Shown here: positions 11,844 through 25,154 of the stretch, in pieces
Layout: each line of letters starts with the position of its first letter
How positions within the stretch are numbered: the stretch's first letter is position 1
Assembly: GCA_951406725.2 (NCBI GenBank)
Contig: OX597824.1
Coordinates: forward strand, 75,516,001 to 75,580,000
Length of the DNA: 64,000 bases
From: Octopus vulgaris
Taxonomy: Eukaryota
Reading direction: 5' to 3'
The notes under the pieces: generated by a model
The model's database searches: none
Told to the model about the DNA's origin: nothing
Seen by the model: only the letters and a program-made list of their open reading frames with translations
Program-made: the position numbers and the translations under genes

Positions 11844-12517
11844 TAAAATTATAATTTAGGGAATCTACGAGATACAGCCATGCTGAAAATAGCAGCCAAG
11901 ATCTGACTCTAAAACCACATTAAATGTTCATACAGCACAAGGAGAGAAGACAAAAAGACAAAATAAAACTAGTAAAAAATTACCGGATAATTCCAGATCT
12001 CGGATTTCTGACTTTGCATATAGAAATGTTTTGCCTCGTCAGTGGAATATACGCAGAAAGTAACATAAATGCGCATATATATACACACAACATACGAATA
12101 CTTACATATACGAACGTATACATACATATATATGCCCGTATGCAACACGACCAGTTTAAATTGCCCGCTTCTTAACTCCCATCGTGCGATATGGTTAAAA
12201 CATCACCGCAGTAAATACAGTGATGGAATAAATTTAAATTTAAATAAATAAAGATAAGATCGTTAATTTAAATTAAGTTAAATAACGATTTTATTAAATG
12301 GCCAGCATGGAAATAAAAAAAACTTCAAAGGTAATAATTATTATTAAAATTACAATCTAGGGTATCTACGAGATACCACCATACTGAAAATAGCAGCCAA
12401 GATCTGACTCTAAAACCACATTAACTGTTCATACAGCACAAGGAGGGAAGACAGAAAGACAAAATAGAACTAGTAAAAAATTACTAGATAATTCCAGATC
12501 CCGGATTTCTGACTTTG
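11844..12517 (-). mobile_element. 501-bp HHR-bearing monomer with 173-bp terminal redundancy (retrozyme/PLE pseudo-LTR-like)
   Basis: Direct repeats 11844-12016 and 12345-12517; HHR at 11990-12048; left end abuts (TA)n. Confidence 0.75.
11990..12048 (-). ncRNA. Minimal type I hammerhead ribozyme motif
   Basis: Minus strand: ATTCCA-CTGACGA-GGC..GTCA-GAAA-TC[CGA]GA-TC-TGGAAT; 6-bp stem I, intact core, AUC triplet; stem II weak. Confidence 0.7.
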
Positions 12518-12785
12518 TTTCACTCGCCTGACTATGGCCATGCTGGAGCACCGCCTATATGTGTCTGTATGTGTGTGTGTGTGTGTGCTCATTACTCCTG
12601 AATGGCCTTTGGCATTAGTTGTTCCGCCTGTTCATGACTTTCAGGTATTTTAACACCCGGTGCTTTGAGGGAGTAACCTCCACCACGCCAAATCGCAGCC
12701 TACTAGAAAACGCACAAAACATATACGTTAAGTATCTGTGGTCGATAATGTTTGTTATACTGGCACTGCTTCTATTTTATATTTG

Positions 12786-12842
<57 letters not shown>

Positions 12843-13614
12843 CGCTTAGGCATTGCGAGACCGGTAATCAGGTGTAATGCTTTTTTCTTTGTGTGTATAT
12901 GTGTTGAATTGTTGAAAAATATCGTATGGAAAATAGACAATTGTTTCATAATTAAAAGAATTAATTGTAAAATGATGGAATTGTTTACAAAATACAGTAT
13001 TTTTTGTTCGATTCTGTAATCTTTGATGAATTGTCTATTTTTGTATAAATCGCAGCAGTTTTCCCATCAATTCTGCACTTTGCCATCACTTCAGTTCTCC
13101 ATTAATTCAAACTTTTTTCAAATAATATTGTGTTCGTAAAATAATCCTGCATTCCCCCATCAATTCTTTATTTTTCTAAAAGACTTTATTTTTTCATCAA
13201 ATCAGGTTTTTTATATTTTTAGCATGTATAATTTTTATTTTCGCATTTTTCCTTAATTCCATGATTTATAATAAATTTTGGATATTTCTATCATTTCTTT
13301 TCTATTTTTAGTATCATTTGCCATCAATCCTATTGCTTCCAATGGTGTTTGAATTTTGCCATAAATTCTGAAGTTTTTCATTAATTCTCTAATTTATCCA
13401 TCCATTCTTCATTTTTTTTTTTAAATCCTGTATTCTCACCATCAATCTTGTATTTTCCATCACTTCTATATTTTTACCATAATCTTTCGATATATTAAAT
13501 AATTTTTTTTTTCTCGTTAATTCTGTATCATTCATTTTTTAACAATACAGTATCTTTCCCATCATTTCTTTATATTTTCAAATAATTATATATCATTTTA
13601 AAAATTATTTTATC

Positions 13615-13725
13615 ATAAGCTGGCTTTTCAATCACATGGTTCCGGGTTCAGTCTTCTACTATAGCTTCCGGCCGACCAATGCCTTGCGAGCGGATTTGGT
13701 AGACGGAAATTGAAAGAAACCCCTC

Positions 13726-13765
<40 letters not shown>

Positions 13766-14012
13766 TCACACACATACATATGTGTGTGTATGTGTGTGTC
13801 TTTGTGTCTATGTTTGTCTCCACCACTGCTTGACAACCGTTGTTGGTGTGTTTACGTCCCGTAACTTAACTGTTCGGCAAAAGAGAAGGATAGAATAAGC
13901 ACTAGATTTAAATAAAAAGTCCTGGGATCGAATTGTTCGACTAAAATCCTTCAAGGCAGTGCTCCAACATGGTCGTAATCAAGTGACTGAAACAGGTATA
14001 AGATAAAAGATA
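13615..14012 (+). mobile_element. SINE family C, diverged
   Basis: GGTTCCGGGTTCAGTC B-box, central microsatellite, typical 3' part. Confidence 0.8.
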
Positions 14013-14074
14013 TCTTTATTTTTTGGAAACAGCTCTGTATTTTTCAAGCAATTCCAAATATTAAAATACATATG

Positions 14075-14222
<148 letters not shown>

Positions 14223-15526
14223 TATGCTCAGTAATTTTCATCAATTTCTTGTCATATCTAGCATTCTTTTTGCTCATTGTCAGTTCTTGAGTTTCAGCAA
14301 GATATTGACTTAATCATTATTTTGGTCCATTTTTCATAAATTTTTGTATCAACACCGGATTTGTTCCATCAATAATGTTTGTATTTTCCCATCAATTTTG
14401 TATTTTACTGCGAATTTTGAATTTTACTATCAGTCAGGTTTTCCAATTTTACGAACAAATTTCTAAAATTTATGGTTTGTATCAGTTCTAAATAATTTCG
14501 TCAGTTTTGTATTTTCCTTCAACCCTCGCATTTTCTATCAAACCTGTATAGGGGCTCGTGTGTGATTGTGTATCAGAATGGACAGGTAATAAAATGGTAG
14601 AAAACACGAATATATATTTTAAAATTAATTCTATGCATTTTTTTTTCATCTCATATCTCTTTTACAGTATTTCCCCATCAACTGTATCTTCCGCTATTTT
14701 ATCAAATTTTTCCACTTTATGTATATTTTTTGCTCTATTTTTTAAAATTATTTCTTTGTGTTTCAAAAGTTTTTTTTTTTTTTAATGAATGACATTTTTC
14801 TAAAACATTCTTCGGTATTCTTATAGAAATCTATTTCATTTCATCACTGTTTTTTTTTTTTTTTGTTTTTTTTATCAGTTTTCCGCTTCTCCATCAAATC
14901 TAAATTCTGCTTGGATTAAGTATTGTTTCCTCGATTCCGTATTTCTCCATCAGGCATGCATTTTCCCATTATACCAGCATTTTCCTACAGATTACTTTAC
15001 ATCAAGTTTTTCTCATCAAATCTCTATCGTTGTTTTCGTTATTCTATTTCTGTATTATTCACCTGAGCTCTGTGCGTTTGTTTTTAATTCTTGAAATTTT
15101 AAGCGTTTAAGCATTTCTGCATATCTGCTTTAACATACAAAAAAAATTCTATACTTTTCAAACAGTTTTGTAACTTACAAACTATACTGCATTTCCTAGT
15201 AACTACTTTTCTGACAAATTTATGCTTTTCATAAAACATCTACTTTGCGTTGATGCCGTGTTTCTTTATTTTATCCGTATTTTCCAAAATATTCTGTAAC
15301 TTCAATAAATTCTGTAGTTTGTAATATTCTGTTTCAATCACCAAATTGCAGCTATGGTGGAGTACCAGTCTGCTGTGTTAAACGAATAAATTGACCCATA
15401 GTACATTGCCTGTTTGGTTCCTTAATGTTTGATGCATTATTTAAATTTGGCGATGTCCTTTGAAATGGACTTTGAAGGGACATTTTACTGGTTATCATCT
15501 TATATTTTGATATTATGTAGTTTTTA

Positions 15527-15748
15527 AGGCGACTAGCTGGCAGAAACGTTAGCAAGCCGGGAGAAATGCTTAAGCGGTATTTCGTTTGTCTTTACGTTCT
15601 GAGTTCAAATTCCACTGAGGTTAACTTTGCCTTTCATCGTTTAGGGGTCGCTAAATTAAGTATCAGAGTACCGGTTGCGTACTGGGGTCGATCTAATCGA
15701 CTGGGCTCCTCCCCCAAAATTTCGGGCCTAGAGCAGAAAAGAATATTA
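15527..15748 (+). mobile_element. SINE family A variant
   Basis: Head, B-box, Deu/Nin-like domain, CCCCAAAATTTCGGGCC tail. Confidence 0.8.
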
Positions 15749-15999
15749 TTTAGTTTTTATCGTTTTCAACCTTTTAGCCGCCGTTTATACGCATAGATTT
15801 ATTCCATGTTTATATTCCCTCCTTTGAAGGTTTTATCAATTTTTGTATGTATATATATATATATATATTTGCATGCTTTTGGGATTTATATGTTGAATGC
15901 CCCTTATTTTAATATATATTTATGTTCAATAATGTGATGATATGGGGATGTTATAAAGTTGTATGACCAACTAGGACGTTTGTTCATTATATCCTTTAA

Positions 16000-16057
<58 letters not shown>

Positions 16058-16064
<7 letters not shown>

Positions 16065-16272
16065 AGAAATGACCACGTAGTAGACATCCATTATGTTAGA
16101 AGTGGACCCCCTATGGGTGTCTAGCATAATGGATGTTCACTTAGTGGTCATCCCTTTTATATCTATGTAATATAATCCTTCTGAATCTTCAGATTTTTCA
16201 ATATGCTAGATCACTGGTTTTAAATTGATATTAATCAAATTAATATTCAATTTTTCATCCTTATTATTTTAA

Positions 16273-16275
<3 letters not shown>
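16058..16275. repeat. Fold-back insert between (TA)n tracts
   Basis: Imperfect inverted arms 16058-16100 and 16120-16162, then ~110-bp unpaired tail. Confidence 0.75.
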
Positions 16276-16319
<44 letters not shown>

Positions 16320-16419
16320 TGTTTTTTTATATATATATATATGCATATATGTACTTATATATATATAAATATATATATACATATATGTATGTATATATAT
16401 ATATATACATATATGTATG

Positions 16420-16452
<33 letters not shown>

Positions 16453-16507
16453 ATATATATATATATACATATATGTATGTATATATATATATATATATAC
16501 ATATATG

Positions 16508-16555
<48 letters not shown>

Positions 16556-16619
16556 CATATATGTATGTATATATATATATATACATATATGTATATATAT
16601 ATATATACATATATGTATG

Positions 16620-16659
<40 letters not shown>

Positions 16660-16705
16660 CATATATGTATGTATATATATATATATATATATACATATAT
16701 GTATG

Positions 16706-16767
<62 letters not shown>

Positions 16768-16836
16768 ATATATATATACATATATGTATATATATATATA
16801 TATATACATATATGTATGTATATATATATATATACA

Positions 16837-16884
<48 letters not shown>

Positions 16885-16886
16885 TG

Positions 16887-16924
<38 letters not shown>

Positions 16925-16926
16925 TG

Positions 16927-16966
<40 letters not shown>

Positions 16967-17033
16967 CATACATACATATGCATACATACGTATATCTGCA
17001 CACATGTACATACACGCGCACACACACACACAC
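16276..17033. repeat. Long compound (TA)n/(TATG)/(CA) microsatellite
   Basis: Direct reading; recurring CATATATGTATG interruptions. Confidence 0.95.
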
Positions 17034-17178
17034 ATTAAGAAAAGGGAGATAGTCAAGTTTTTGGATTGAGATTATCTATTTAGCGCATTCATCTCCTTTG
17101 AGATATTGAGTCTCAAAAGAGATGAAAGCGCTAAATAAATCATTTTATCCAAATCCTGAGTAACTTCTTTTTCTTAAT
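17034..17178. repeat. ~70-bp-arm imperfect hairpin
   Basis: Arms 17034-17103 and 17111-17178 (e.g. TATTTAGCGC/GCGCTAAATA), 7-nt loop. Confidence 0.8.
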
Positions 17179-17327
17179 AATATAAAATCTGTACATCACT
17201 TCAAACAATCTATACATACATACATACATACATACATACATACATACATACGTACGTACGTACATACATACATACGTACGTACGTACGTACGTACACACA
17301 TATGTATGTATGTACGGATATATAGTT

Positions 17328-18380
17328 ATAGGCGTAGCTGTGAGGTTAAATGTTTGCTTCCCAACCACAAGTTCCTGAGTTCAGTCCCACTGGGGAGCAG
17401 TGTGCCAGTATTGCCTCAGACTGACCAAAGCCTTGTGAGGAGAATTCTTAGATGGAAACAGAATGAAGCCCATCGTACGTACGTACGTACGTACGTATGT
17501 ATGTATGTATGTATGTATGTATGTATGTATGTATGTATGTATGTATGCTTGTATGTGTGTGTGTCAGGTCACTTTCGAGTGCTACTGGTAACATGTAACC
17601 CAGTACAACCTGTTGAATGGCAGGTCATCGGCGACTAAACCAGCAACCCCACCAAGCTTGCTTGGTGAGGAGGGTGTTTATTGGACACCCTGCGGGATGA
17701 AAAACAAAACCCGTTAAAGAGCGGAGGAACTCTTGAGAGTCAACGGCCATCCAATAAATGTCTTAAGGCTGTATCATGCGCGGGGACATAGAAATAATCG
17801 GACTGAATACCCGATCGTGCGGTTAAACCATTGGGAGTGAAGGACTCCTAGCCTTTGTTAGGGCATCCTTCTAGGAGAAGGTAACTCAGGTAACTGGGAT
17901 AACTCCAATATAAAATCTGCGGCTCAGTGGTTACCGATGACGTTGACTTGTTCTTCTTTTCGGATTATGGCTGCTGTTGCTTAGTGAGTGGGATAGACTC
18001 AGTGCACAGCCTTTCCTCACCTTAAAAAAATCTTCTTGCACACGCATTGCACGATAACAACATTGATTAAGCTTTGTGCAATGGCCATACTCGATAACGA
18101 GGGGGTAGCCACCAATGTGTATATGTGTGTGTGTTTGTGTATGTATGTATGTGCGTAGGTATATGTATCTGTGTTCGTCTCACCGCTACTGCTTGACAAC
18201 GAGTGCTGGTGTGTTTACGGCCCCGTAACTAAGCGATTTAGCAAAAGAGACCCGGCGGAATAAGTACCAGGCTTAAAAAAAAAAGTAAAAGATAAACATT
18301 GAGATCGATTTGTTCGACTAAAACTCTTCAAGGCAGTGCCCCAGTATGACCGCAGTCTAATGACTGAAGCAAATAACAGA
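17328..18380 (+). mobile_element. SINE family C interrupted in its central microsatellite
   Basis: Head 17328-17476, 3' half 18120-18380. Confidence 0.75.
17567..18115 (+). mobile_element. GC-richer insert resembling an RTE-LINE 5'UTR or non-autonomous RTE derivative
   Basis: GGGCATCCTTCTAGGAGAAGGTAACTC (~17862-88) resembles a motif I recall from RTE 5'UTRs; no ORF. Confidence 0.45.
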
Positions 18381-19231
18381 TACACGATAGAAATTCATGC
18401 ATATATACATACATTCAAATTCGTATATTTTATCAGTGTTGTATTTTTATCAACCCCTCCGTTTATTATGAATTCTGTAGTATACATTAACGGTGTATTT
18501 TCCGCCCTTTCTTTCTGCATATCTTATCAGTGCTGTTTCCACCATTTTCGGCATTTTTGTTTTCACTACTGAAATTTGAGATTTACATAGATTTATATTT
18601 TTACATCAAATCTGTAATTTCTCTTGACTGACTATTTTCTCTTTAATTCTCTGATATGCTTTCGTTTCTATATATTTTCAAGCAATTCTTTGTGTGACTG
18701 TGTTCTATTCAAATCTGTTATTTTCCCATCATTTCTGTATTTTCAAAAAGGTTTTTATTTGTCCTCAATTTCTGTAATTTTCCCATAATTCCGTGTTTTT
18801 GCATCAATCCCCTACTTTTTAAAAAAATCATATCAATATTTTTTCCATGTTTTTTTTTCTTTTAAATCAATTCCACATCACCCACCTATCAGATCCGTAG
18901 TATTATATCATTTCTGTATTTTAAATTCGATTCATAATATTTTCTGGCAATTCTATATATTTTTTAAAGAATTATTTCATTGCTTCAATAATCCTTTATT
19001 TTTTTAAAACAATTCTGTATATTATAAACAATTTCTGTAAATCAATATACGCACATGAAACAGCCTTATATTAAACTACCAGTGTATATACCATTTGTAA
19101 TATGTATACAAACTTGAAACGGCACTCGCTGTGATAACACTGTGCAACCCGATTTTTGTTCTTTGGTAGTAATTGCTATTTCCTTTTTGCTTACCCATAG
19201 AAAGTATAAAAATGGCTAATATTTTCTTCAA

Positions 19232-19420
19232 CCTTTGCTTTTGTTACTTTTAATCAAACCCCAAACCATCCTTCTCAACACATGAATTTCATGCTTCCCC
19301 ACTATTCCTGCTAAGGATCAGAGATGCACAAACTGTCGGTCAATTAGGAGCATGCTCAAATGGTTAACGTCAAGCAAGTGACAAGCAAATCTGTAGTATT
19401 GAACAGAATATTTGATATAA
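19232..19420 (-). mobile_element. Old family E fragment
   Basis: Diverged reverse complement of 6140-6305. Confidence 0.6.
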
Positions 19421-19599
19421 CTATATTTCTGCTTCAGCAACTCAGCGCTGAATCTATCTGAAATGTAAGAGAAAATAGGTCAGTTTCAAAACATTGATTT
19501 CCAGGTCACGAAAGCAAAGTTTGAAGTCATTTCCTTTGGTTTTCAGACAGAGGCAAATAGGAAATAACACTTACTGACCAAAGACAAGCTAAAATATAA

Positions 19600-20295
19600 A
19601 CATTTTGTTATACAGTATAATTTATCGCAAAGAAACATTTCAAAGCGATTTATATATTGACAAGGAAGGGCTTCAAACAGAACACCGGTATATCGCCAGA
19701 TCCGGTGTTTCGACCTCAGAAGTTCTGAGCTAAGCCTGGTATTTTAATCTTAGGCTTTTTCAAGTACATATATTGATTTCCTTTTAGCCTGGGTTAACTT
19801 TCGCACAAACCAGTAAATGTCTTGTTTACTGATTTTTATATAGGAACAAGCATTAACTATTAATGGTGTGATCAAATGAAGGCAAAGACCGTGTCTGGCG
19901 ATCCACTGGCATTCTGAAGATCTAGCTTTTCAGCATACATGTCTCTGAGACCGGACTTTAGAGCTAGTAATGTTGCGCATTTGTATACACATTATGAATG
20001 TTATAGATACTCGTGCACTCATATTTTAATCTCCAGCGGCGGCTTCAGGTGCTTATATTAATTTAATTCTAACCTGACCAGCTTTCGTACAAATCAGTTA
20101 CTGTTTTATCTGCTGATTTTTTTTTTTTTTTCAGAACGTCCGGGGTATTCGTCACTGATGAGACCAAACCAGGTCGACACAGTGTCTGGCAATACACCGG
20201 CGTTCGGAACGAGGTTCTGTCTTTTTAAACATATACGACTCAAGATGTTTTTTAATAACTTTAATACTAACCATATTACATTTCGTGTCGTTACA
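19600..20295 (+). mobile_element. Tandem dimer (~285-290 bp monomers) of an HHR element plus inverted partial copy
   Basis: CTTTCG(C/T)ACAAA(C/T)CAG at 19798/20082; GTGTCTGGC at 19891/20182; inverted HHR 3' half at 19680-19715. Confidence 0.65.
20134..20205 (+). ncRNA. Type I hammerhead ribozyme motif with extended stem I
   Basis: GAACGTCCGGGGTATTCGTCA-CTGATGA-GACC[AAACCA]GGTC-GACA-CA[G]TG-TC-TGGCAATACACCGGCGTTC; GAAA mutated to GACA. Confidence 0.75.
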
Positions 20296-20313
20296 CGTAT
20301 ATATTATTTATTT

Positions 20314-20602
20314 ATGCGCCCCTTTTCAAGCCTAGCCAGGCTTATGGGCCCGGTTTCCTAGTTTTTGTGGCGTATGTGTTCCCCCCATCTGGACGGGACA
20401 CCAGTCCATCGCAACGTTACTCAAGAAACAGGAAGTAAGAGTGAGAGAAAGTTGTGGCGAAAGAGTACAAGGGTCACCACCATCCCCTGCTGGAGCCTCG
20501 TGGAGCGTTAGGTGTTTTCGCTCAATAAACACACACAGCACCCGGTCTGGGAATCGAAACCGCGAGTTCGATGCCCTAACCACTGGGCCATTGCGCCTCC
20601 AC
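20314..20602 (-). mobile_element. Chimeric SINE: family D head + family B tail
   Basis: GTGGAGGCGCAATGGCCCAGTGG head; GAGTAACGTTGCGATGGACTGG tail; TSD-like CACGTATATAT on both sides. Confidence 0.85.
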
Positions 20603-20769
20603 TCACGTATATATATTATAACTAAACATCCTTAAACAATTCTGGATTTTGCAAAATCTTCTGTATTTTTGCACCTATTGCACCCATTATTTATTCTATC
20701 GGTATTTTTATTATTCTTTATTCTTATTTATTAATTTTTACTTATCAAATACATATATATTTCAATCTC

Positions 20770-21158
20770 TTTACTCTTTTACTCTTTTACTTGTTTCAGT
20801 CATTTGACTGCGGCCATGCTGGAGCACCGCCTTTAGTCGAGCAAATCGACCCCGGGACTTACTCTTTGTAAGCCCAGTACTTATTTTATCGGTCTCTTTT
20901 GCCGAACCGCTAAGTGACGGGGACGTAAACATACCAGCATCGGTTGTCAAGCAATGCTAAGGGGACAAACACAGACACACAAACATATACACACACACTT
21001 ATATATATATATATACATATATACGACAGGCTTCTTTCAGTTTCCGTCTACCAAATCCACTCACAAGGCATTGGTCGGCCCGGGGCTACAGCAGAAGACA
21101 CTTGCCCAAGATGCCACGCAGTGGGACTGAACCCGGAATCATGTGGTTGGTTAGCAAA
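20770..21158 (-). mobile_element. SINE family C
   Basis: Matches 36812-37256; head truncated. Confidence 0.9.
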
Positions 21159-22216
21159 CAAATCTGTATCTTCTAAGTAATTCTTTAAATTTCAATCAAC
21201 ATTTGATTTTTTTAAATGTCATCAAATCACAGTACCACACCAGATACAATACCAAAGCATATTCACATACTTTTCAACAACCAGCATCAATCACTCTGTC
21301 TTACTGGTGGACCAAATACTTTAAGAGGCGCTCCAGATAACGCAGTTACCAGACACTCCCAAAAGGAACAATTTGCAATCAAACATAGTCAACACACTGT
21401 AACAATTATCCGAATTTCGTATTTTTCATAAAGACTGCATTCATTTTATATAATCTATGTTCATCCTTCAATTCTGTTTCCCCCATTAATGATAGATCCA
21501 TCAATACAGTATTCTATAATATCTGTAGTTTTCAACAGTTCTTTATTTTTCACTATAATTCTATTGGGTTTTTTTCAAATAAATTCGTGCATTTTCCCCC
21601 ATTTATTTTAATCCTTTCCACTGTTACTCGAATTAACACGAAAAACATTTTTATCGCAGCGTTTTATAGTTTTGTGAAGATCTGTTCTTCCCCTATAACT
21701 TTTGTTTGTGGTTTTTGAAATTTGAATAAATTTTACCTCCTTTCAGGCATAACGATGGAATGCCAGGTAGAAAAAAATCGAATGAATTTTTCTGACAACC
21801 CGATATTTGTTACCTTAATAACCTACCAATTCTGTATTTTGCATCAATATCCTGGTTTTACATTAATTCTAGAAATTTCTGCGATTTCTGTTTTTTCCTG
21901 TCACATCTAAATTTTTTTGGGTAAATTATTTTCTTTTCTTCAGTTTTGCACTTTTCTAACATGGCAGTGTTCATTCCATTCTCTATTTCATCTCAGTTTT
22001 ATATATCTTCAAACAATTCTTTATTTTCTAAACATTACTTTAATTTTCATTCATTCTTTTATATTTCAATGATTTTTACGATTTTACATTAATCCTTACA
22101 TTTCTCATCAATAATGTAATAAATATATGATACAACACCTCATTTTTCTCTCCCATCTCTATGTTTTCATGTTAGGTTATCTATAAAAACAGCTCAATAT
22201 TAAAACGACGAATAAG

Positions 22217-22432
22217 ACGGCGAGCTGGCATAATTGCTGACACCCCGAAGGAAATGATTAACGGTACTTATTCCAGCTATACGTTCTGAGTTCAAATTCT
22301 ACCGAAGTCGACCTTGTCTGTTGTCCTTTTGAAATCGATAAAATATGTACCAGTTGAGCCCTGGTGTTGATTTAATAGACTTATCCCTTACCCCAAAATT
22401 GTTAGCGTTGTGCCAAAATCTTAAACCAATAT
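22217..22432 (+). mobile_element. SINE family A, diverged
   Basis: GGCGAGCTGGCA head, GAGTTCAAATTC B-box. Confidence 0.75.
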
Positions 22433-22446
22433 ATATATATAAATAA

Positions 22447-23062
22447 ATGGAAGAAGCAAGACACTAAGTCATGAGCACAATTAAGTACCCCAAATACATC
22501 CAAAATAGAAATACTCCAGCCCATTCAAGACACGGGCGATTTGAACTGAGGCTCTCACAGAGTGAAAGAGTCCTGAAGTGAACACTATTAAATTTATATT
22601 TAATGTAGGATAAAATTTTTTCGAAAAAAATTTTATCAATGGTCAGCATATTAAAAAATACCTTAATGCAAAATATGCCGAAAAATTGGACATATTGTCC
22701 ATAACCATATAATTTTTCACAATACGCATGCTACTCGTGTCTTGAATGGGCTGGAGTATTTCTATTTTGGATGCATTTGAGGTACTTAATTGTGCTCATG
22801 ACTTAGTGTTTTGCTTCTTCCATGGGTATGAGTAAGTATCTCATTTATTTCTTTGCCACATTTATCACCGACGAAGGGAGGGTTCTTACGAACTAACCCT
22901 GAAATCGGTCCGATATGGTAATAATGGAATTTTTAGAAATTTCTGTCGGCTTTTTTTCGAGTAGGGAGCGTATTGTGAAAAATTATATGGTTATGGACAA
23001 TATGTCCAATTTTTCGGCATATTTGGCATTAGAAATTTTTTCGTTTGCCCTTATTTATAAGT

Positions 23063-23065
<3 letters not shown>
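22447..23065 (+). mobile_element. HHR-bearing element with internal inversion, flanked by (TA)n
   Basis: 22447-22537 = rc of 22734-22824; 22661-22737 = rc of 22957-23031; HHR at 22862-22921. Confidence 0.8.
22862..22921 (+). ncRNA. Minimal type I hammerhead ribozyme motif
   Basis: TTATCA-CCGACGA-AGGG..GTT[CTTACG]AAC..CCCT-GAAA-TCGG[T]CCGA-TA-TGGTAA; core U4>C (the paralogue at 4073 has CTGATGA). Confidence 0.7.
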
Positions 23066-23110
<45 letters not shown>

Positions 23111-23113
<3 letters not shown>

Positions 23114-23359
23114 GCGCCCTTTTAAAGCCTAGCCAGGCTCAGGGCCCGGTTTCCCGATTTCAATGGCGTATGTGTTCTCCAGCTAGACGGGACGCCAGTC
23201 CATCGCAGCGTTACTCATTTTTGCCAGCTGAGTGGACTGGGGCAACGTGAAATGAAGTGTTTTGCTCAAGAACACAACGCGTCGCCCGGTCCAGGAATCG
23301 AAACCACAATCTTACGATCATGATGCTGACACCCTAACTACTAAGCCACTCGCCTCCAC
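23111..23359 (-). mobile_element. SINE family B, full length
   Basis: Reverse complement of 527-760; includes GCGATGGACTGGCGTCCCGTC. Confidence 0.88.
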
Positions 23360-24190
<831 letters not shown>

Positions 24191-24720
24191 AACATAGTCT
24201 GACGATATATATTGTATTTTGCATCAATTTACATCTTTACAACAATGCATTATTCTCGACTAATTTATTACCTTTCAGTGCTCTAGTGATTATGGTATCG
24301 AGCTCACGACCATAAAACCCTGGGTTCGATTCCTGATATGGGCAGCATGTAGTGTCCTTGGGCAAAGCGCATCATTTCACATTCTTCCATTCCACTCAAA
24401 TGACAATGGGAACCAGTTGTATACTGATGTATCTTTCCAGCCAGCTGTCACTTCCTCGATATTCTACCAGTAAAGGGGTGGACGGACCGAGAGAGTGGTC
24501 TATTTCTAATTTTGATTACAAAACCTTAAAACCTTTAACGAAAGAGTGCCACATGCAATCATGTCATACTCGTTTATGCGTGGCAGTTAACCTAAACATT
24601 ATATTTTCACGTCGTATCACTATTCTTAAGAAAAAGGAATTCTAATTTTCATTCTATCCAATATTTTCGTCAATTCTGTATTTTTATTAAAATTCTGTAT
24701 TTTCCATTATGATAAATATT

Positions 24721-25154
24721 CTCTTTACTCCTTACTCTTTACTCTTTTACTCTTTTACTTCTTTCAGTCATTTGACTGCGGCCATGCTGAAGCACCGCCT
24801 TTAGTCAAAGAAATCGTCCCCAGGACTTATTCTTGTAAGCCTAGTACTTATTCTATCGGTGTTTTTTGCCAAACCGTTAAGTTACAGGGACGTGTAAACA
24901 CACCAGCATCGATTGTCAAGTGATATTGGGGGACAAACACATACACACAAACATATACACACATATACACATATATATATACATATATACGACGGGCTTC
25001 TTTCAGTTTCCATCTACCAAATCCACTCACAAGGCTTTGGTCGGCCCGAAGCTATAGTAGAAGACACTTGACCAAGGTGCCACGTAGTGGGACTGAACCC
25101 GGAACCATGTGGTTGGTAAGCAAGCTACTTACCACACAGCCACTCCTGCGCCTA
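24721..25154 (-). mobile_element. SINE family C, full length
   Basis: Head AGGCGCAGGAGTGGCTGTGTGGTAAG, (GAGTAAAA)n tail. Confidence 0.9.

Noticed and set aside
17567-17650. HDV-like ribozyme
   Set aside because: Could not assign P3/L3 and the P1.1 nested pseudoknot
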